Shown here one piece after another: positions 17,238 to 26,961 of a stretch of DNA of 32,000 bases (positions within the stretch are counted from its first letter, which is position 1; every line of letters begins with the position of its first letter). The stretch covers positions 60,001-92,000 of the forward strand of contig JAJRZD010000017.1 in NCBI GenBank assembly GCA_024275415.1, in the 5' to 3' direction. The position numbers and the translations under genes were made by a program. This stretch comes from an archaeon (GTDB lineage Archaea; Asgardarchaeota; Thorarchaeia; Thorarchaeales; Thorarchaeaceae). The notes beneath the pieces are model-generated. The model was not told the origin of the DNA. It made no database searches and saw nothing but the letters and a program-made list of their open reading frames with translations.

Positions 17238-19573
17238 CACGGAGACATGTGATGGGTAGTGAGCCCCCAGTCGATCCGGTTGATCAGGTACGTCAGGCAA
17301 TGCTTTCAGTCACGACGGATAACTCGATAAAGTTCAAGAACCGCAAGATACCAGAGTCGTGGACTGCCCCTACCGTTATCATTTTTCTATCGTTCATCGG
17401 GGTGTTCTTCTTCCCAATTCTTGTCATCATCCTTACGCTCGTCTTCATTCCTTCTCTATTTGTGCTTCTCCAACTCCATCGGAGAGAACCCTTCGAGCAA
17501 GAAGGGCAGTGGCGTCTTACCCGTTTTACCCTTCCAAAGATAAGGGTTGTAGCAGGATCGAAAGCCGTAGAGCTGAGAGGGGAACAGACCTCGTATCTGT
17601 CAGGCTCAAAAGTGACAAGGGTGGACAAGCACTTGCGCGGCGACCTTGCTAGTCTGGTCCGAGGCATCTACGCTGAAGATGGTTTCTGTCTCAACGTATC
17701 GATGAAACCAAGTGACACAAGTAGAGTAATGGACCACGATGTGCTGCACAGCAATATCCGATCATTCTTACGGACTGGCTTTAGTGGAAGTGTCGAATCC
17801 TATATGGAATCACATGGCTACCTCTGGGATGTAGGAGTTTCTATCATTGGCAATATCCAGGATGAGCACATGGTCAGGAACTTCCAGAATTCCATAAAGG
17901 GAGCCCTACCTGTCAAACGATGGAAGACTGTCAAGCCTGATGCGCTGGCACAGACAGTCGAATCGTTCAACGCACAGAATGTCGAGCACACCTTCTATGC
18001 TGTGGGAGAGGAGCTTTCTGGATGGCTTGTCCAGATGCGGTCAGAGCTGACAGGCGAGGTGGGGATGAACGTCCCAGGGCAGTTCTATGCATCAATCCGT
18101 CCGCGTGTGGACGAGATTGCCATCGGCAACGTCATACATCCCGATACCCTGAGAGAAGGCCCTCCGATTGGACTGCTACCAGAGGAAGTCGCTGATGGCG
18201 TGCTAGTGTGTGGGGGTTCTATCGCGAATCGAAGGCTCGTGCTTGGACATCTTATCAAAGGGCTTCTTGAGCGTGGGAAACGTATCCTCATTTTGAGCGC
18301 ACATAGCGAGACACAACTATTCACAGCACTCCACGATTCGGGAGTGGGGTTCGTGCTTGGAAAGAACTTCGTGCTCAACCCCGTAGACAACGAAAGGGTG
18401 CCAAGAGCAGAATATGTCACGCAGTTGCTGATGTCGTTGGAAGTCCTTACAGAGAAGACACTGACCTTTGCCGCTGACCTTGAGCAGGCACTCGTACGGG
18501 CGGTGGCATTACCCTATTCCACTGTGGCAGATGTGAAGATGGAGGAAGACGAGACCATCTCCACTGAATCAGGAACCACTTCTCAGCCATCGACATTGGG
18601 CGACAACAGGCACTCATTCATGGGGATGGAAGCTGTGCGTCGCCTGTGTCAAGGTGCGGGTGCTCGGGCGTTTTATGGCACACAGACTGTCTTGATCGAA
18701 CGGTTGACAGGGCTTCCGCTCAGTGTGCTTTCTGTCCCCCTTGGCAATGATGCTCTGGAAAACTTCGCTTGGGACCTGCTCCTGTTGAAGCTCGGAGCTG
18801 TCAGGCATGACAAGGATTTAGTAGTAGTCCTAGACGACCCATTATCTTTACGATACACATTTAGAAGGTTCGGACGCCGAGAGACCTTCATCGAGCGCCT
18901 GATGCGAGCTCTTTCTGAACGGTTCAGTCTCATAGTCAGCATCGATCGCCCCAGCGACATTGGAACCGGAGTCCGGAGTCTTCTCCAATCATGCATCTCC
19001 TTGCGGTTGAAGCATGACGATGATGTTGCCAGTGTCACCTCGACCCTTTCACTTAATGTCGTGAGTTCAGGACTACACAGCAAGGCAAGGTGGTCTCCGC
19101 GGGAATCGGCATTCCTGCGAACGCTTGATGATGGCATGGCACTCATTGTGCGGGATGCCACTGAAACTGCACAACCAGTGAAACTTCTCCCGCCTCTGGA
19201 ACTTGGTTCTATCTCTGATGATGATATGAATTCTAGGATCACTACTGTTGTTCCAAGCGTTGAGACCCCGTCTGATATGCGGGATGGGACGCTCATCGAA
19301 CGAGTTGGCAAGGGTGACTCCGAGTTGACTACCCATGTGTTGCGCCTTCTTGAGAGATATGAGCCTCTCACCGAGAACGCGGTCAGGAAGTTCATCCAGT
19401 CCAAGGGTGCCTTGTCTGAAGATATCGATGTGGAAGGCATCCTCATCCGTCTGAAGCAGGCAGGAATGATTCTCGAAGGGCATGAAACTCACAGTGGGGT
19501 TTCCTACAAGAACTATCGATTGACCATGAAGGGAACGCTTGCACTTAGACAGGCTGAGGAGGTGACAGGATGA
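17234..19573 (+). CDS. Membrane-anchored degenerate VirB4/HerA/FtsK-like P-loop protein with C-terminal winged helix
   Basis: N-terminal TM region (aa ~47-80). Family-typical segments VLVCGGSIANRR (Walker A position, no GKT), GKNFVLNPVD, VVVLDDP (Walker B position, no Glu) and SIDRPSDI...LRLKHDDD. C-terminal wH GILIRLKQAGMI...YRLTMKG. Confidence 0.65.
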   Translation: MTRRHVMGSEPPVDPVDQVRQAMLSVTTDNSIKFKNRKIPESWTAPTVIIFLSFIGVFFFPILVIILTLVFIPSLFVLLQLHRREPFEQEGQWRLTRFTLPKIRVVAGSKAVELRGEQTSYLSGSKVTRVDKHLRGDLASLVRGIYAEDGFCLNVSMKPSDTSRVMDHDVLHSNIRSFLRTGFSGSVESYMESHGYLWDVGVSIIGNIQDEHMVRNFQNSIKGALPVKRWKTVKPDALAQTVESFNAQNVEHTFYAVGEELSGWLVQMRSELTGEVGMNVPGQFYASIRPRVDEIAIGNVIHPDTLREGPPIGLLPEEVADGVLVCGGSIANRRLVLGHLIKGLLERGKRILILSAHSETQLFTALHDSGVGFVLGKNFVLNPVDNERVPRAEYVTQLLMSLEVLTEKTLTFAADLEQALVRAVALPYSTVADVKMEEDETISTESGTTSQPSTLGDNRHSFMGMEAVRRLCQGAGARAFYGTQTVLIERLTGLPLSVLSVPLGNDALENFAWDLLLLKLGAVRHDKDLVVVLDDPLSLRYTFRRFGRRETFIERLMRALSERFSLIVSIDRPSDIGTGVRSLLQSCISLRLKHDDDVASVTSTLSLNVVSSGLHSKARWSPRESAFLRTLDDGMALIVRDATETAQPVKLLPPLELGSISDDDMNSRITTVVPSVETPSDMRDGTLIERVGKGDSELTTHVLRLLERYEPLTENAVRKFIQSKGALSEDIDVEGILIRLKQAGMILEGHETHSGVSYKNYRLTMKGTLALRQAEEVTG

Positions 19574-21750
19574 TCTCCACTGATCAGGTACACCCGATCA
19601 TCAAGATGGTCGAAGAAGTTGGTTTCTCGCCACGAGGCATCCAGAGAAAGGCAATCGAGTACGGACTGCTCGATGGGAAAAGTGTCCTTGTCTGTGCTCC
19701 CACGGGTGCAGGGAAGACCCTCATTGGGGAAATGGCACTCCTGCGAGCTATTGAGGCTGGACGAAGAGGATTGTACCTCGTGCCCCTGAGAGCACTAGCA
19801 AACCAAGTCTATAGCATTCTGAAAGAAAGGTATGAGCGTCAGCGGATTACCGTCGGAATTTCGACTAGCGACTATTACAGTACCGGTGAGCTCCTGAGTT
19901 AATATGACATCCTAGTGACGACTTATGAGAGGGCTGATTCATTACTCAGGCACAGGACTCCATGGCTGTCAGAAGTAGGCACATTAGTCATCGATGAGAT
20001 CCAGAGCCTGGGTCTTCCGGGTCGTGGCGCACGCCTTGAGAGTACTATCATCCGCTTTAAGAAAATCGTAGAGAACCTTCAGATAGTCGGCCTGTCCGCC
20101 ACAGTCGGGATGCCTGAGCTGTTGGCTGAATGGTTGGAATGCGAACTCGTCGAATCGAATGAACGAAAAGTCCCTCTTCTAGTTGCTGTTGCAACACGAC
20201 CAAACCGTGATGAAGCTGTCCGCACATATACAATGAAGACTATCCAGACCAATGGACAGGTGATCATTTTCCACCGGACACGGAAAGAAGCCGAGGCGGA
20301 AACAAAACGATTGATGCCTCATGTTTCAAGGCATCTGACAGAAGAAGAGCGGGCACTCTTGCAATCCACGCTCGGGTCGATAGAGTACTTTGATGCATAT
20401 CTTCCAGAAGGACTGAGTTCGGCTATGCTGAATGGTGTTGCCTATCACAATGCCAGCTTGAATGGAGGTGCCAGAAGGATGGTGGAGCGCTTGTTCAGGA
20501 AAGGACTTATCCGTGTCATTTGCGCCACAAGCACATTATCTACAGGAATGGATCTTCCTGCAAGAACCGTCATCATTGCTTCGTGCAGGTCTCCTGCAAA
20601 CTACAATGAGCTGTTGCCTGCAAATCGAGTACATCAAATGTTGGGACGAGCGGGCAGACCTGGGATGGACAGGAAAGGTTACGGTTTTGTGATTGCCCAG
20701 AGCAAGGGACAGGCAGAGGAAATCAAGCGCAGGTACTTCATAGAAAGTACTGACGACCTAGGAGCCACTGTGCTCCTCCCAAAATATGATCCAGTGAACA
20801 GTGTTCTTGGAGATTCCAAGGTGTTAACAGAGCAGCTGCTTGTCGCGTTGGATATGTTGCGGGAGGGCTCAATTGAGGACGTTGAGGACTTCCTGCTGGC
20901 ACCGTCACTGCTGACATTCCGTTCAGTTAGACAGTCGCAGCCGACCATGCGACTCTTCATACTAGGTGAGATTACGGCAGAGGCCGTCATTGAACGGCAT
21001 GGTTTCATGGATACGGTTCGTGCAGGACGAGGTGATGTTCTGGGAACTGTAGATTTGAGAGAGAAGACTGAGCACATCATAGGCGGACTGGTGACTGAAA
21101 CTGGTGGGGCTAGCTATACCTGCCGGTTCAGTACTAGAGTCACTCAGTCAGGAACAATGGAGGGTCCTCAATGCTCTTGTGGGAAACCTCTCGATGCCAG
21201 TGGTGTTCTCTGTCAGCATCTTGTCACATTAGGGTTACAAGCTATACAGCAGGAGCCCGAGAGGGCTGACTTTATCATCCCACTTGCATTGGACGAGATC
21301 AGCCCCCTCAGGGTGTTGGTACGACTCGGTCTTGTTGAAGGGGGAGAATCCAGCGGAACCTATCGACCGACGCCGTTGGGATTGCTTGTATCACGATTAT
21401 ACTTGAGGATCGATACGGCCCGCGAGATGCTAGCAATGATGCCGTTGATTGAGGAACCGCAATCCTTTGTCCGGTTCTTGCTGCATCTGATCGAGATTGA
21501 TACAGGCACAAACCTGGAACAACCACACGAACGTCTTCTTACACTTGCGGCTTCGACCACGATGCCCTTTGATCAACTATCCGAATACAGTGGTATCCCA
21601 ACCGGCGATATCTACACATTCCTTCAACATGCGCGATGGCTGAGCTATGCAGTCATGGCAATTGCAAAGAAAGGTAATCTGCTTGAACTGAGCGACATGG
21701 CACAAAGACTCTACGAGGAGGTTGACGCTCGTTTTACAGGAGGAACTTGA
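19570..21750 (+). pseudogene. hel308: Hel308/Ski2-like SF2 helicase with SWIM insertion, interrupted by one in-frame TAA (19900-19902)
   Basis: The two track ORFs (19570-19902, 19915-21750) share a frame: ...GELLS*YDILVTTYERADSLLR. Motifs APTGAGKT, VPLRALA, DEIQ, SAT, ATSTLSTGMDLPA, QMLGRAGRPG, PTPLGLLVSRLY. Confidence 0.85.
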
Positions 21751-21751
21751 A

Positions 21752-23452
21752 TTGACAACATCAGACGAAACAGAGGTTATTGCAAAGGAGGCTACGGCCG
21801 AGGACGAAAAGGAAGCGCCAACAAACATGATTGTAGGGCTTCTCGAACGAACAGGACACAAGACCCACATCTATTCGAACGGTATCATTGCAGCCCTTCG
21901 ACTGGAGGGCATTGAGGGAACGAGAGGGGTTCATGTGGACATCGTGTTCATCGTGGACTGGGATTTAGGAGCGTTCACTGGAACCAAGATGGGTACTCAG
22001 GCTGTGCTCCTTGAGATTGTCAATAGAAGCACAGACTCGATTCTCAGGGACTTCGGCTACGGGGATAGGTATTGTACAATATCAAAACGCACGCTAAAAG
22101 GCAATGTTTGTATTGACACCCTGTGTCCAGATCTCGGAAAACAGGGAAGTGTTATCCATGCCACTCGCACAGTTTACGTGGTCTACGAGGAGCGAAGACC
22201 AGGGATGGATTTGTCGTGGTTGACTGAGGAAGCCCGTATCCTTCCAAAGGAGGATTTCATCGTAGCACGTGAGAGCGATATACGAAGCCACAGACCTGAA
22301 GTCCAACGTCGGGTCGCTGAGGAGAAATGGACCTTCCTCAGCCGCGGGCTGGTGTTCCTCTATGGGATGGCTTTTGCATCGGTTTTTACGATATCGAGTT
22401 TGGTCGGTCTTCTTGTGGCGTTCATCAACGCGAATGGTATAATGATCCCATTGGCTGGATTAGTGGTTGGTGCCGTCCTCTCACTCGGCACCGCTTATCT
22501 ATCGATAACCCATATCTCCCAGTTCAATAGAGATCTGGAATCGGAGAGGCAATCGCTTTCCAAAATCGGGGATACTGCAAGAGTCGAGGCCAGTGCCAGC
22601 ACCAGCAAGGACACGTTAGACCTGCTAAGAGACCTGTCCTTTGTGGTTTCGCCACTCATGGCTGAAGTCGGAGGGGCAATCCGTATTGGCGATACCGAGG
22701 GGGCCGCTGAAACAGCGAACCTCATCATTGATGAAGTAGTCCGGCTCTCACCTCATTCAGTGAAGATGGGGGATGAAGGCATCTCCAAGTTCATCGGTAT
22801 GTTCACGTCGCAGGATCCCGAGTGCGATGTGGGTGAGCTCTCTCTCTGTTATTCTTCACTCACTGGGCACATCACTAATCCGCTAAGCGAGGAAGATGTC
22901 CTGCGCAATTGTACCGTGCTGCTCAATTCATTGCATAGGATCGGAGGAGTCCGCACCGAGGTGAAAGAAACTGTTGACAATATGATGAATGAACGCTCGA
23001 TGAAAGCAGCATTAGCAGAGATTCGCAAAGAGATGGATGTGCCGGTACAAGAGGAGCCCTCTCAGGAAGACCTCCCTGTTGGTGCCGATGATGCAGACAT
23101 CAACTTGTTGAAAGAGATGGACAAGGAGGCTGAGGAGATTACCCCTGACGAGCCCTCAGAAGTGGTCGAGACCGCCAAAGATGCTTTAGACACAGCACAT
23201 CCCGAAACAAAGGATCATCCCCATTCAGAGGAGGACGATACAGCAGCCAGTGACCAACCGGACTCTGGGGAGGTGATTGACTTCGTAGAAGTGGAGGCAG
23301 TGACAGTGGAAACGATTGAGGTCACTCCTTCCGTGGAAATCACAGCAGCCGATGTCATAGACCAATCCAAGAAAGAAGCAGTAATGTATGCAAACTCAGG
23401 ACGTGACAACTCTCGTCCTGAACGGAGGAGGAAGGCAAAGAGTGCAGCATGA
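21752..23452 (+). CDS. Membrane protein: soluble N-domain, two TM helices, helical domain, acidic tail
   Basis: Hydrophobic LVFLYGMAFASVFTISSLVGLLVAFI and IPLAGLVVGAVLSLGTAYLSI; D/E-rich C-terminal region ending in RPERRRKAK. Likely start TTG 21752 after GGAGG; the track start is 21722. Confidence 0.75.
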   Translation: MTTSDETEVIAKEATAEDEKEAPTNMIVGLLERTGHKTHIYSNGIIAALRLEGIEGTRGVHVDIVFIVDWDLGAFTGTKMGTQAVLLEIVNRSTDSILRDFGYGDRYCTISKRTLKGNVCIDTLCPDLGKQGSVIHATRTVYVVYEERRPGMDLSWLTEEARILPKEDFIVARESDIRSHRPEVQRRVAEEKWTFLSRGLVFLYGMAFASVFTISSLVGLLVAFINANGIMIPLAGLVVGAVLSLGTAYLSITHISQFNRDLESERQSLSKIGDTARVEASASTSKDTLDLLRDLSFVVSPLMAEVGGAIRIGDTEGAAETANLIIDEVVRLSPHSVKMGDEGISKFIGMFTSQDPECDVGELSLCYSSLTGHITNPLSEEDVLRNCTVLLNSLHRIGGVRTEVKETVDNMMNERSMKAALAEIRKEMDVPVQEEPSQEDLPVGADDADINLLKEMDKEAEEITPDEPSEVVETAKDALDTAHPETKDHPHSEEDDTAASDQPDSGEVIDFVEVEAVTVETIEVTPSVEITAADVIDQSKKEAVMYANSGRDNSRPERRRKAKSAA

Positions 23453-24128
23453 TCACATCGAGCATCTGATCAACGACGGTGGGATTATCCATCTCTCTGG
23501 AGAGCCCTTCTCGGGAAAGACTCGACTAGGGATACACTTTGCAGCAAAGGCATCTCAGTCCGGACATGTGATATGGCTGTGCGCAGACGGAAAGACCTCA
23601 TTCGTCGAGGACTTGCGAAAGAACATCACAGCGAGTCAGGGAGTGGTATCTAATTTGGAATTGATCTTTCCGAATGGACATGAAGAAATCTACGAGTCTC
23701 TTATGACGATCCATAGTTTCCTTAAGGATGATACAATTCTGGTCGTCATTGACCCCATCACCCGAGCTATTGACCTTGGCAGAAGATATGACGATGAGAT
23801 GTGGGGACGAGAATTGTTCGAAGACGTTCTTCCAAGCCTTGTCGGGCTGGCCATGGGGAATGAACTATGCATCGTGTTCACAAGTGAAGTACGTATGGGT
23901 GAAGGGGGTGCTACCCGTCCTGTGTTTCACAAGAAGCTCACACAGTGGGCTGATGTAGAGATACACGCAGAACGTGCCATGACGATGACCTATTCTCACC
24001 TTACTCTCAGAAGGTGTAATAGTGAACCAGCAGATTTTGGCATCATGCGCATCAAGAATGGACTTGTCACTATTGATGTAAGTGGTCAGGAGGTGCAGGA
24101 TTGTTCGGAAAGCTCGTGTTCCGTCTAG
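23442..24128 (+). CDS. radB: RadB-like RecA-fold paralog
   Basis: No N-terminal HhH domain. Walker A GEPFSGKT, Walker B LVVIDPI, VFTSEV. Likely start GTG 23442 after GGAGGAGG; the track start is 23388. Confidence 0.7.
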   Translation: MQHDHIEHLINDGGIIHLSGEPFSGKTRLGIHFAAKASQSGHVIWLCADGKTSFVEDLRKNITASQGVVSNLELIFPNGHEEIYESLMTIHSFLKDDTILVVIDPITRAIDLGRRYDDEMWGRELFEDVLPSLVGLAMGNELCIVFTSEVRMGEGGATRPVFHKKLTQWADVEIHAERAMTMTYSHLTLRRCNSEPADFGIMRIKNGLVTIDVSGQEVQDCSESSCSV

Positions 24129-25036
24129 CCAAGTGGGGTGTGATAGGCGCGTTCGCGTTGATAGCGGGCGTCTATTTCATTTCGTCCGTGTCAGGCATAG
24201 TCGTCCAGACTAGGACTGGCAACTTGCTACCGTTCGTGAGCCTTGCGGTGGCTGCATCACTACTTGTATGGGTGTCGGAGAACAAAGAGATAGAATGGAA
24301 GATTGGCGCGCTCATCCTGAAGGTACTCTCAGGATTCTCGGCAGTGTTCTTCCTCCTCACACTCTTCCTCTTCTTCGCCCCGAACATCATCTTAGGAATC
24401 GTTGCTGCACTAGGCGGGCTCTTTTATCTTGCAATGCTTTCGAACCCAAAGTCCTTTTCTAGAATGATGGACTCGTCCTATGCCTTCTCTGGTGGGCTTG
24501 GCCCCATTACCCCTATCAACTATGAGCGTGCAGTCCATGCATTCAAGCAGCATGTACAGGCGTATATGATAACACCTGCACAGACAGACACTATCATCAC
24601 CCATCTCAAGGACCGCCCCCAGCTCCCAATCGCTATCACGCGCTTCGAAGAAACAGATATCCTGTATATCCAAGAGAAGTCCGAGGTGACCACCCGGATC
24701 CTCTCTCTGCTAGAACTCGCTGCTGTCTCACCAGCGCCACCGTTCCTCACACATATAGTCGTGGCACTTCCACTGATCGAGAATGAGAACGGGTTTGCTC
24801 TCTCGGAATACCGGATTGTGGACGACCAAACAGTCGTCGAGAGGTTGCTGACAAATCTTCCACTTCGAACCACTGTCATCCCGCACCAGAACGGGCCCCG
24901 ACTCATTATCCCTGAAGAGCATATCATCGGGATGGACGCCAAGACGATTCCACGTAGTCACCTCTTCAGGGCAGTAGTGATGAAAAATATCAGGGGATTG
25001 GAACCCTCCATGGAGGTCGTGCATGTTGCCGATTGA
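24101..25036 (+). CDS. Membrane protein with about four N-terminal TM helices and a soluble C-domain
   Basis: Four hydrophobic stretches in aa 1-115; TTG start after GGAGGTG. Confidence 0.75.
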   Translation: MFGKLVFRLAKWGVIGAFALIAGVYFISSVSGIVVQTRTGNLLPFVSLAVAASLLVWVSENKEIEWKIGALILKVLSGFSAVFFLLTLFLFFAPNIILGIVAALGGLFYLAMLSNPKSFSRMMDSSYAFSGGLGPITPINYERAVHAFKQHVQAYMITPAQTDTIITHLKDRPQLPIAITRFEETDILYIQEKSEVTTRILSLLELAAVSPAPPFLTHIVVALPLIENENGFALSEYRIVDDQTVVERLLTNLPLRTTVIPHQNGPRLIIPEEHIIGMDAKTIPRSHLFRAVVMKNIRGLEPSMEVVHVAD

Positions 25037-25760
25037 GGGTGTGTCACTGGATGAGATCGAGGTCTGCTTGCAACCTGTCGTACGCCTGCTTCCAAGGAGG
25101 CTCGACAGGACGCTTGGGGCATTGCTGTTGCCCAGACAGATATCGGTACTTCATGGTGCCGAACGGGCTCCTCTGAGTATTATTGCTCACGGAGTCACTG
25201 TGTCCAGTCTTCGTCAGAAAAAGGACGCTCGTGTTGTGTTCCTTGACAGTGGTAGCAACTACAAACCTAGAACCATCAGGAACCTGTGTAAGATGATGGG
25301 CATTTCAGGGGACGATATCAAGCGGATCGTTGTGGGAAAAGTACTTGACCTTTACAACCTTGAGCGGATGGTCGCGCAAGTCAAAGGTATGCATGACGTT
25401 ACAGTGGTCATTCTTGACAATCTGACCTCCACCCTTAACAAATCATTTCCTCCCGGAAGCAAAGGACGACAGAGGCAGTTATTCCAGACCCTAGAAGATT
25501 TCAGGGATCTAGTGAACGAGATCGGATGTCACTTGCTCATCACTGACCATTCTTCTGTTGACTGGAACTCTGGTGCTAGAACTCCCGTCGGAGGAAATGT
25601 ATTAGCCCATGCTGTCGACACTCTGGTGTCTGTGACCGTCATCGATTCACATGAACATCTGGTTTCGCTCCTTGTGGAACAGACCCCGGTCACACCGATG
25701 CCAGCAGGATGTGTGCTGGTCGTAACAGTGGATGGGATACGCACAATAAAGGGGGCCTGA
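25023..25760 (+). CDS. Rad51/RadA-paralog-like RecA-fold protein with degenerate Walker A
   Basis: VVFLDSGSNY, VVILDNL, RQRQL, LLITDH and PVGGNVLAHAVD match the RecA core. The Walker A position reads GAERAPLS (no GKT). Confidence 0.7.
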   Translation: MLPIEGVSLDEIEVCLQPVVRLLPRRLDRTLGALLLPRQISVLHGAERAPLSIIAHGVTVSSLRQKKDARVVFLDSGSNYKPRTIRNLCKMMGISGDDIKRIVVGKVLDLYNLERMVAQVKGMHDVTVVILDNLTSTLNKSFPPGSKGRQRQLFQTLEDFRDLVNEIGCHLLITDHSSVDWNSGARTPVGGNVLAHAVDTLVSVTVIDSHEHLVSLLVEQTPVTPMPAGCVLVVTVDGIRTIKGA

Positions 25761-25768
25761 GAACAGAC

Positions 25769-26764
25769 ATGGGCGTGCGCAAATGGGACTTCATCCAGTG
25801 GGAACTTGCAGACCTTGACGAGATACGACCACGGGTAATGGCAATTGATACCCCGAACTACATCACTCGACTGACACAATCGTATGTATATCATCAGAAA
25901 CGGAGGGATGCAGAACGGATTCCCACGCAACATGTCTGGGCTGTCCTCGGGATAATAAGACAGGCACTACGACATGGCTTCACTCCGGTATTCGTCTTTG
26001 ATGGGCCACCAGAAGCCTTGAAACGCCCTCCCAATCCTGAGCTGGTTTCGTCAGCGACGGAGCTGTACAGGAAGTTTCGTGAACATAATGACATCTACAA
26101 CTCGCGATTGGCAGAAGCACTCAACGATAGCAAGGCTATGCAATGGTATTTTGCAGTCAACCACTTGAAGGATCTGTTCAAGGCCATTGGCATCCCTTCA
26201 TTCACCGCACCAAGTGAGGCAGAGATGGCAGCTGCGGTTATGGTAAGTGATGCAACTGCCGGCACTGTTGTCACGAATGACATCGATGCACTCCTTTTCG
26301 GGGCACCCCATGTGACCAGGGCAGTCAAGTTCGCTAAAAAACAGATCGAGAGGGTATACCTGAATGATGTGGCGGCAGGGCTCAAGACAGACCTAACTCG
26401 TCTCAGAGACCTTGCAATCCTATGTGGGTGTGACTTCTATCCGAGTGGCATCAAGGGCATCGGCCCCCGCAAGGGACTGGCTCTCCTCAATCAACACGGA
26501 AACCTAGAGAGAGTCCTAAAGGCAAGGGGACTCCCCCCAAATGAACGGGCAACAATCCTCGATGCTAGGGCAGTCTTCGACGAACCTATGTTCCTCCAGT
26601 TAGATGGAATCCCCTCCTCGATAAACCCCCCCTTAGTGTCCCGAGTCAGCGAACTGTTACGCCCCGTCATGGGGAAGGAACGTGCAAAGAAAACTACAGA
26701 AGAACTGGTCAAACTCTGGAAAGAGTTCGGTCGAGAGCAAGTCACATTGGAGAGGTGGACATAG
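25769..26764 (+). CDS. fen1: FEN1/XPG-family structure-specific nuclease
   Basis: MGVRK N-terminus (ATG 25769), AID, VFVFDG, APSEAE, NDIDALLFGAP, H2TH LCGCDFYPSGIKGIGPRKG, and C-terminal PIP-box-like QVTLERW. Confidence 0.9.
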   Translation: MGVRKWDFIQWELADLDEIRPRVMAIDTPNYITRLTQSYVYHQKRRDAERIPTQHVWAVLGIIRQALRHGFTPVFVFDGPPEALKRPPNPELVSSATELYRKFREHNDIYNSRLAEALNDSKAMQWYFAVNHLKDLFKAIGIPSFTAPSEAEMAAAVMVSDATAGTVVTNDIDALLFGAPHVTRAVKFAKKQIERVYLNDVAAGLKTDLTRLRDLAILCGCDFYPSGIKGIGPRKGLALLNQHGNLERVLKARGLPPNERATILDARAVFDEPMFLQLDGIPSSINPPLVSRVSELLRPVMGKERAKKTTEELVKLWKEFGREQVTLERWT

Positions 26765-26961
26765 TGGACAGGCGTATGGTTCTCCCCGAAGATGCATTGA
26801 ACTCTCCTATTATCGAGTCTGTGTCAAGTCCTTGTGTCGCCTGCATACACTATACCTACTTTGGTTGTACTCTTGGACACCCTTGCGCTAGAAAGGTCGT
26901 ATGGAACGCAATCCAGAGGAGGATCGATTCAAATGAAAAAGAACAAGACCGAACTATTTGA
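26755..26961 (+). CDS. Small Cys-rich protein
   Basis: 68 aa with CVAC-x7-C-x5-C; overlaps the FEN1 stop. Confidence 0.5.
   Translation: MDIVDRRMVLPEDALNSPIIESVSSPCVACIHYTYFGCTLGHPCARKVVWNAIQRRIDSNEKEQDRTI

Noticed and set aside
17234-19573. Canonical HerA of the HerA-NurA-Mre11-Rad50 resection operon
   Set aside because: It has a TM anchor and no Walker A lysine, and no nurA, mre11 or rad50 gene is nearby.
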